Shown here: positions 1 to 64,000 of the stretch, piece after piece
How the letters are laid out: each line of letters begins with the position of its first letter
How positions within the stretch are numbered: position 1 is the first letter of the stretch
DNA from: the human T2T-CHM13v2.0 reference genome, Homo sapiens
Direction: 5' to 3' (one strand)
Assembly: GCF_009914755.1 (NCBI RefSeq)
Contig: NC_060936.1
Length of the DNA stretch: 64,000 bases
Made by a program: the position numbers and the translations under genes
The notes under the pieces: model-generated
What the model was told of the DNA's origin: nothing
The model's input: only the letters and a program-made list of their open reading frames with translations
The model's database searches: none

Positions 1-100
1 AGCATAAAATTCTCCATCAACAAGTGAATGGATAAAGAACATGCAGTGTATATACACATAATGGAATACTATTTAGCCACAAAAAAGGAATAAAGTTCTG

Positions 101-413
101 GGCTGGGCACGGTGGCTCATGCCTGTAATCCCAGCACTTTGGGAGGCCGAGGCATGTGGATCACCTGAGGTCAGGAGTTCAAGACCAGCCTGACCAACAT
201 GGAGAAACCCCATGTCTACCAAAAATACAAAATTAGCCAGGCATGGTGGCTCATGCCTGTAATCTCAGCTACTAGGGAGGCTGAGGCAGGAGAATTGCTT
301 GAACCTGGGAGGCTGAGGTTGCCAGGAGGTGGAGGTTGCCATGAGCCGACATCGCATCATTGCACTACAGCCTGGGCAACAAGAGTGAAACTCCGTCTTA
401 AAAAAAAAAAAAA
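101..413 (+). mobile_element. AluS with TSD aaaggaataaagtt
   Basis: full dimer, A tail, flanking direct repeat. Confidence 0.95.
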
Positions 414-635
414 GGAATAAAGTTATGTCATACCAGCAACATGGACAACCTTGGAGGTTATTAAGAGAAATAAGTCAGGCACAGAAAGATAAATACTGTA
501 TGTTCTCACTCATATGTGGAGGCTTAAAAAGTTGATCTTATAAAAGTAGAGAGTAAAATAGTGGCTAGTAGTGGCTGAGAAGTGTCAGGAGAAGGGGGCA
601 TAGCCAAAGGTTGATTAAAAAATACAAAAGTAGTC

Positions 636-993
<358 letters not shown>

Positions 994-1304
994 CTAGTTA
1001 GGAGGAATGAGTCTAGTGTTCCATAGCACTGCAGGGTGACTATAATTAACAATTTATAGTATGTTTCAAATAGCTAAACGAGCAGATTTTGAATGTTCTC
1101 AGCACAAATAAATGATAAATGAGGCAATAGATAAGCTAATTATCTGATTTGATCACTACACATTGTATACATGCAATGGAAATATCACACTGTACCCATA
1201 AATATGTACAATTATTATGTGTCAGTTGAAAACAATTTTACAAAACACACATTTGCATGTTTATTCTTAGGTTTTTACAGTTCTTTAATCTTATTTATTC
1301 ACCT

Positions 1305-1412
1305 ATTTTTTTGAGACAAGGTCTTGATAGGGTCTTGCTTTGTCGCCCAGACTATACTGCAGTGGCACAATCACAGCTCACTGCAGCCTTGACCTTCCAC
1401 ACTCAAACAATC
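1305..1412 (-). mobile_element. Alu right-arm fragment (AluJ-like)
   Basis: tttgagacaaggtct...cacagctcactgcagccttgacc. Confidence 0.75.
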
Positions 1413-1414
1413 CT

Positions 1415-1752
1415 AAGTTTCACCTTTTGACCTACACAGACTAATTGTATTACATTTTAATGTGAAGTCTCCACCCTGAAGTGAACTTGGGACCATGTAA
1501 CATGAATGTTTGCTTACCACACAACCTAGCAAGCCCCTTTCACAAATATTCATAGCTCCTCCTATAACCTATTAAATATGTATGTTTAGCCAACCTGTTT
1601 AGCATAAAACTCCTCTCCCACCCTTCTTCCTTCAAAGTGCCTACTTTCTGTCTCAGCCAGAGGGTCTGCTTCCCAGGCTGTGGGTTGCAACTCTTCTCAG
1701 AAATAAAGTTCTCCTTTCCAAATTTAAGATCTTGTGATCTTTATTTTGACAT
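1415..1752 (+). mobile_element. ERV1-class LTR fragment (MER34/MER39-like)
   Basis: aatattcatagctcctcctataacct...agccaacctgtttagcataaaactcc...aataaagttctcc; family assigned from memory. Confidence 0.55.
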
Positions 1753-3620
1753 ATGAGATTTCCCTAGCCGGTTTTTAGTCCATCCCTGAAAGACTGAATG
1801 GTTAGATCTTTGATATCTTTCTCAAGTACCTCCCATTTGACCTCAGCCATCCATTTTCAAGTATCACCAGTCCCAGTATCATATGAATAAATTGGGAAAG
1901 ATCAAGGAATCATGGATCATATACTCCAGGAGAATTTTTTACCTCCAAGAAAATTTCTGGGGGCTTTCCTTTGAAACCTTTCACTGTTGCTCTGAACTCA
2001 AAAGATTTCTGAACAAGGCATAACAGTGATTAAAGAAGCAGACTTATTAATCTGAGGGCCTAACTATATAAGGCATTTGTTTAGCTTTCTTTTTGTCTTT
2101 GGGGTAGGAAGGTAACTGAGATAAGAAGTTAGGAGATTCTGAGTAGGCAGAGAAGGATAGAAAGATAGAATGTACAGTGAGTTCAATACATCAAAATACA
2201 ATTTTTTTTCTCATAAATTAGCTGCTTAAGTTTTTCATTTGCTTTTTGTAAGAAGTCATTTAGAAAGGCAATTTTTGGTTCATTTAACCTTTTAGAAGCC
2301 TCTGCATGTCAATCAAAATACATCCTTTTGTTTCTGAGGTGTTTTTTGTCCTTTCTTAATATTTTATTTTATTCCTTTCAGACCTAGTCCTGCAAATATC
2401 CTTTCTTTTCTAATGTCTTGCAAGTGAACAATTTTATCTAGGTTAAAACTTCCTCACTTTGACCACTGTTAACTCTTAGATTACCTTTGGTAGGTTCACC
2501 CATTTCTCTGGAAAAGTGCAGACTCTGGGTTCATAGGTTCTTATACATGAAATTGGCTGGAGTTCCAGGTGGAGGAGTTTCAGACTCCTTGGATCCAAAT
2601 GAAGGCATCATTCCCTGTATTCTCATACCCTTTCCTACCATAAGCCTCCTACTGGACTCAGTCCTGCTCCCATAGGCCTTGTACTGGATCCAGTCCCAGT
2701 TTCTGTTGTAACTTCTGGACCCAGCTCAGATCAAAAATGCTCAAATAAACTTTAAGAATTTGACACAAGTTGTAGAGTTTGTATCCAAGCAGGGCCTACA
2801 AGTGGCGGCCTCCAAATGTGCAGTGAGAAGCCCTGAGCACAAATGGCTCAGTGTGTGAAGCAGGCCCACGGGCACTGGTTACCAACCTGTTCTGAATTCT
2901 CATAAGCAACAATTTACATGTAGTGCATTTATTACCTATAGACAGGTGGTAGGAGACGAAGACTAGGACTCACTGTGAGCCAATCCCCCCAAAGCTCAGA
3001 AAGTTGCCCAGGTGGATGAAATCTCTACTGCGTATTCCTCACTTACACCACAGATAAGAGATCCCGAAGAGCAGCCCACCCAGATTACATACCACATGTC
3101 ACATGAATCACTGGGCTAAAGTGTTGAAGGACCTTCTATTTCTAGGGGAGAACTGGAACAGAGCCTGGGCTACTTCAGCCAGTCCCTCCCTATCTCAGGA
3201 TGTTGCATCCCAGCTCGTTATGCAGTTACTCTTGAAAACTACAAAGGAAAAGGAGGGAGAAGTGGGTAGGCCCAAGGCTATACAGAGAACTGTCCTGCAC
3301 AATGAAGCACCTGCATCTGTTTAGTCACTGTTCCCAGAGGTCATCATTGAGGGAATAGGGGGGCCTTCAGATCCCATTTCTGACACCAGAACTGTTAAAA
3401 GAGAAACTTTACACAAAACAAATTCGAGTTTATTCGAGCAAGAAAACAATTCATGAATCAGGCAGCATGCAGAAGCAGAAGAGGTTCAGAGAGTTCCACT
3501 CAGCAGCATGAGCAGCAAGCTTTTATAGACCCAACACGGAAGCAGAAAAATTACTTGATTGGGTTTTGGTTTGCTTGCATAGGAGCTGGTGTTACAGAGT
3601 TGATCTCAAGCTAATGGCCT
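1753..3620 (-). mobile_element. ERV1 remnant: MER57-like 5' LTR (~3393-3620), tRNA-Leu PBS (3371-3388) and degraded internal sequence, probably with a nested LTR (~2900-3310)
   Basis: LTR end tgttaaaagagaaactttacacaaaacaaattcgagtttattcgagcaag... resembles the MER57 3' end; the adjacent minus strand reads TGGTGTCAGAAATGGGAT. Confidence 0.6.
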
Positions 3621-3829
3621 CCTTATTTGCTTTAGCACCCCACACCTGAACCCAAGGGAAAGCTTGAAGGGAGCCCAGCACCGAAACAAACTAGTAAATG
3701 CCTGGGGGCAAACAACAGTGTTTTTATCAAGTAACCATGACACATACATCTTCCTCAGCAGTGGCAGAGCAGTCTTGTAGAGTTAGATAGGAAGATGATG
3801 GCCTGGCCACGCATGCTCAGCTGCTGGCC

Positions 3830-4385
3830 CGGCTCATTCTACAGGTATTAACCAGTATTTGGCCCACAGTGTGCTAAGCACCATTCTAGGTGCTGAGGAT
3901 GCTAAGGTGACCCCAACAATGTCCCTGATCTCTTAAAGCTAATTCTGGTGGGATGCTGAACACAGGATGTAACCTAAGGTGGTGATGAGAGGTACACAGA
4001 CAAATCGGAAGGCACAAGTTAGCCACCAGTGAGGGGAAACTCCAGACAACGTAGACACATAAGGCCAGGTGGAGAAATGGATGACTGAGTTAAACTTGGG
4101 TAAGGAGCCTGGCAAATGAAGACAGAAGCATGACCCAGTCAGGGGAAACCACAACAAAAGACGTTTGGTGGGAACTGCCTGTTTCTTAATTTCCAAAAAT
4201 CAGTTAAAGGTTCATATACATTATCTCATTTCAACATCACTGGTAGAAAGATTCCATTTTTATGGAGAGGGGATCTGAGGCCCAGAAAGGAGACGATCTG
4301 TCATCGTTTTCCACTCAAGGGCAAACATGGGGATATCCCATCCCATCCCAAAGCCTAAGATTTTGCACTCCAGGCCCTTTGTCTG
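3830..4385. mobile_element. L2 fragment (~3830-4150) and MIR fragment (~4220-4385)
   Basis: gtgctaagcaccattctaggtgctgaggat (L2-like); ccatttttatggagaggggatctgaggcccaga (MIR core-like). Confidence 0.5.
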
Positions 4386-5069
4386 ACCTGAAATTACTGA
4401 GCTAAAAGGGACCGAAAGATCCTAATGGAACCACCGATGGGAAAACTGCGGCCCAGGAGGAAACACACCAAGCAAAATTGCACCGTATCCAGGTGGCCAG
4501 TCTCCAGACTGGGGTCTCCCTGCCCCGCCAGACCATCTCCCGGCGACAAGGGTCTCAGGTTTCCGAAATCTCGCCACCCGCGAGTGATTTGCAGCGCAGG
4601 GGCCTCTGCTGCCTCGGAAACCTTCAAAGGTGGGCGGGTCGGGGACCAAGTCCCCCTAGGGATGGAGAAGGAAACGGGGCCAAGGAAAAGGACATCGCCA
4701 CCCTGGGCAGAGCACGCACGGCCCCAGCGACTCGGACATGGTGAGGGGCGCGGAGGCTCGGGGTGGACCCGAGGCCTCCACACATGTGGCAGGCTGCAGC
4801 AACCCGCCACCCACGAGGACTCGCCCAAGGCCCAGAGCGCGCCGGGCCCCTCCCTCCGACTCCGTCGCCGCCCGACTGGCCGCAGCGGAAGCCGGCGCGC
4901 GATCCCACGCTGCGCTTTCGCCACGTCCTGACGGCTGCCCGATAAAACGGACATTAAAATTGCACTTTCCACTGAATACAGCAGCGCCTATTGTGGCGGC
5001 ACACCTGAATGCGAAAATTAAAGCCAAAATATTTCCTAGCGGCTAAAAGAGCTCCAAGCCTAGGCGAAT

Positions 5070-5150
5070 CTGCCGGTCCGCTCGCCGGAAATGCGGGCTC
5101 TCCTGCCGGAAGCTGCCCCTCCACCATTTTGTGGCCCGCTATGGCGGCGG
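5070..5150 (+). promoter_or_regulatory. TATA-less core promoter: two ETS-type CCGGAA sites, Inr/YY1-like CCATTTT and ATGGCGGC
   Basis: CCGGAAAT 5085-5092, CCGGAAGC 5106-5113, CCATTTT 5124-5130 (fits YYANWYY, putative +1 = A5126), ATGGCGGC 5141-5148. Confidence 0.7.
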
Positions 5151-5188
5151 TGTTGAGGTTGGGTCCGGGATGCGGGGTCTTTGACTGA
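5141..5188 (+). promoter_or_regulatory. uORF1 (MAAVLRLGPGCGVFD*) with nested uORF2 5170-5184 (MRGL*)
   Basis: GCTATGG has G at -3 and G at +4; TGA at 5186-5188; both end upstream of the main ATG 5266. Confidence 0.6.
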
Positions 5189-5265
5189 AGGGGTAGGCCA
5201 AGTGGAGGTATCAGGGACGTCGCGCGGCACAGAAGAGGACCAGCCTGGACGCCGGGGACGCTGTC

Positions 5266-60373
<55,108 letters not shown>

Positions 60374-60962
60374 GTATAGTAAAATCCCACATTGGTATCT
60401 GCGGGGCTGTGTGATACATAGAGGCAGGGAGGATGTGTCTCCCTCCAGCTGCCCTAGTCTCTGGCCTGAGTGAGGGATATGAGCTCCCAGCTCTTCCTCC
60501 CGACATGGTTGAGTGGCTTTTACTCTATAGCAGTGAATCTAAGAGTTTGCCAGCAGTCTCCCCCGTCAGTGCACAGTCACGCCAGCAGCAAACACTGCCC
60601 GCGATTTCAGGGGAGCCTCTGCTTCACGGCTGCCCTTATGGGGCTGGCAGGAGGGCTTGGGGAGTGCCTCCCATGGGTCCTGCTGGGGAAATGTGGTGGA
60701 CACACTTCACTGAAGCCCCGCCTCCGCAGCAGCACCAGTATTGCGCTCACACGTGGGGCAGAAATCCTTTTGCCACGGTCTGTATCAATGTCAGCACTTT
60801 AATTAAAGAGAAAAAGGAAGAGGGAGTTAAGAGAACAGACTCCAGGAGTACATGGCTCCTTCCTCAGTGGTGTGAGCAGGAATAGGGCCTTACATGGGGG
60901 TCATCACGTGGCTGCCTTACAAGTCTCCCTGCCAAGGAGGGGGTGCTCAGAACAGTGCCTCA

Positions 60963-61295
60963 GACCAGAGGCCTTCAGTAGACACTGGCTCCTGAGTGCC
61001 AAGGGGATTGCTCCCTTGTGTGTCCGAGACCAGAGGCCTTCAGTAGACACTGGCTCCTGTGCCAAGGGGATTGCTCCCATGCGTGTCCGAGACCAGAGGC
61101 CTTCAGTAGACACTGGCTCCTGTGCCAAGGGGATTGCTCCCATGCGTGTCCGAGACCAGAGGCCTTCAGTAGACACTGGCTCCTGTGCCAAGGGGATTGC
61201 TCCCATGCGTGTCCGAGACCAGAGGCCTTCAGTAGACACTGGCTCCTGTGCCAAGGGGATTGCTCCCATGCGTGTCCGAGACCAGAGGCCTTCAG
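60963..61295. repeat. 63-bp minisatellite, ~5.25 copies
   Basis: unit gaccagaggccttcagtagacactggctcctgtgccaaggggattgctcccatgcgtgtccga starting at 60963 (65 bp variant), 61028, 61091, 61154, 61217, 61280 (partial). Confidence 0.97.
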
Positions 61296-61789
61296 GAAAC
61301 ACGTGCCTTCCGCAGCAGCAGCACAGCAATTAATCATAATCAGCAAAAACTCTACTTTTTTTTTTGTCACATCAATTTAGAATCTTTTAAGTTTAATTTT
61401 AGATTCTTTATAGTAGTTATGTCTCTGAATTTTATTTTGTATTTAAACTACAAGAATATGCAGAAATTCTTTGGGGAGTTTAGGAGCATTTTGGAGACAT
61501 AACTCTTAAAGTAAGAAAAATAATAGAGTAGGACACATCCTTTGAGGATTAAAGGAGGGTTGTCTTTGTATCAATAAACTGTGACAAAACTGGGCATTTT
61601 AGTAGCTAGTCCTGTAATTGTAGGTGAATTAAAAGCTGACAACATTTGAACTATAATATTAGAATGGGTTTACATCTACAATTAGACAATAGCTAAAAAG
61701 TTGTGGTTTTATGTTATTTCAAGAACACTTAAAAATCATTTTATAAAATCTTTCTCAACCTAATCTCTCTCTTTAAAAAAATGAATGAA

Positions 61790-61985
61790 CACAGGAACAG
61801 AAAATCAGACACCACATGTTCTCGCTTATAAGTGGGAGCTAAACATTGAGCACACATGGACACAGAGAAGAGAACAGCAGACTCGAGGGCTTCATTGAGG
61901 GTGGAGGGAGGGAGGGAGGAGGGTGAAGATCAAAAACCTCCCTGTTAGCTACTATGCTCACTGCCTGGGTGATGAAAGAAATAAA
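61790..61985 (+). mobile_element. L1P 3'-UTR fragment with G-rich tract
   Basis: catgttctcgcttataagtgggagctaaacattgagcacacatggacac...gagggtggagggagggagggaggaggg. Confidence 0.85.
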
Positions 61986-62906
61986 AGTTGGAAAGAATAA
62001 AAAAGGTAGTAACTCCGGGAATTTTACTTTTTGAAAAGTTTCAAACCTTCAAAAAATTGGAAAGAATGGGAAGATGCCCCCAGCACCCCAGGCGATTGCA
62101 TGCGCGTGCTCGCTCATCTATATGTGCGCACGTTGACCCACGCGTGCTCGCCCTCTCTGAGAGTCGTTGCATATGTGGTGACTGCTCTGCCCTGAATACT
62201 GCAGCTGCATTTCCCATGAAGGGCCTTCTCCTGGGAAACACAGCACTGCATGCAGATTGTCCACCGATGGTGTCCATCACTTCCTCTGCAGGCCGCAGCC
62301 ACGTTGCTCCAAGTGGCCCCACGTGTCTTTTGTAGATCTTTTTTTCCCAAAGTACAGAATGAGCCTTTCACTTTAATTATATTGACGTTTCTAAGAGTCC
62401 AGGGCCATTATTGAAAACTGATTTTCTGCTTGAAGTCACTTCGCTTATTTTTCTGTGGAAAACAACATTCTAAGCTCAGACTTTTCAAATGATGCTGAAG
62501 GCTGAATCAGCTTTCTTGTTTTGGGAGTCAGTCTGAAATCCTCTCACATCTGGCAGGAGGCCTCAGAAATAATAACTGACGAGCAAGGAGGGGAGAATTA
62601 GAAGAGCAGAGAAGATGAGTTTGTGTGAGACCCTGTCGAGTCCCCGAGTGCCGCAGGGTGGGCTCCTGCCCTGAGTCCCGAGTGCTCTGGCCACCCGCTG
62701 TAGCCTCAGCTCCTCTGAGCCATTTGACATGCCAGCCCCAGAAACGAACATTTTCAGGCAAGGTGGGAACCCCCAGCAGCCCCCCGGGACGCCGTCTCAC
62801 AGCCTTTCCACAGCTCTTCAGAGTCGGGGCTGCCTCCTGGCTCCTCACTTCAGCCAGTTATGGCCGAAGGATCTGTGGTCATTCCTTAGCTTTAATAGGA
62901 TTTCTT

Positions 62907-63337
<431 letters not shown>

Positions 63338-63506
63338 TTACAGCCATGAAAATATGCATGTAGCAAGGAGGGAAGGGAATTTAAGAAAGTAAGGGACCTG
63401 TTACAGTGGCGTACGGGTTCTCATGTTTTGATATCGTTTGTGCAGCGGGTAAAGGGGTTAATTGAAAGACATTCACAGGAATGCTTTAACCAGTTACATT
63501 ACATGA

Positions 63507-63998
<492 letters not shown>

Positions 63999-64000
63999 GA

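Noticed and set aside
60872-61380. Repeat-protein ORFs or a CRISPR-like array at the 63-bp repeat
   Set aside because: Head-to-tail identical units with no unique spacers; frames are open because the unit is a multiple of 3; eukaryotic minisatellite
61899-61923. G-quadruplex-like GGA/GGGA tract
   Set aside because: Standard polypurine tract of the L1 3' UTR, not locus-specific

Overview
Human (primate) genomic DNA carrying the promoter and 5' three-quarters of the coding sequence of SFSWAP (SFRS8, the suppressor-of-white-apricot splicing regulator) on the + strand. I assembled coding exons 1-13 by hand from GT-AG boundaries. They join in one open frame (2142 nt, 714 codons): N-terminal DRY/EERY SWAP domain, SURP1 (exon 5), a Tyr/Pro/Thr-rich linker (exon 8), SURP2 (exons 9-10), acidic and coiled-coil segments. 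The RS-rich C-terminus lies beyond the window. The rest is a CpG-island promoter and repeat-rich introns: about 28 Alus, a two-LTR THE1 element, an MST LTR, an ERV1 remnant with a tRNA-Leu PBS, old L1/L2/MIR/MER fragments and a 63-bp minisatellite. Nearly all other ORFs in the track are Alu/LTR/GC-content artefacts. The most interesting unexplained structure is non-coding. Many authentic splice sites are weak, while the introns hold strong cryptic sites: stop-containing candidate poison or decoy exons (introns 1, 2, 4, 7), a cluster of consensus 5' splice sites in intron 1, and AG|GT recursive-type junctions (one would exactly rebuild the exon 7 donor). There are also two uORFs. Together these suggest a layered self-limiting circuit, but this is inference from sequence only. 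Repeat boundaries and subfamily calls are by eye and approximate.
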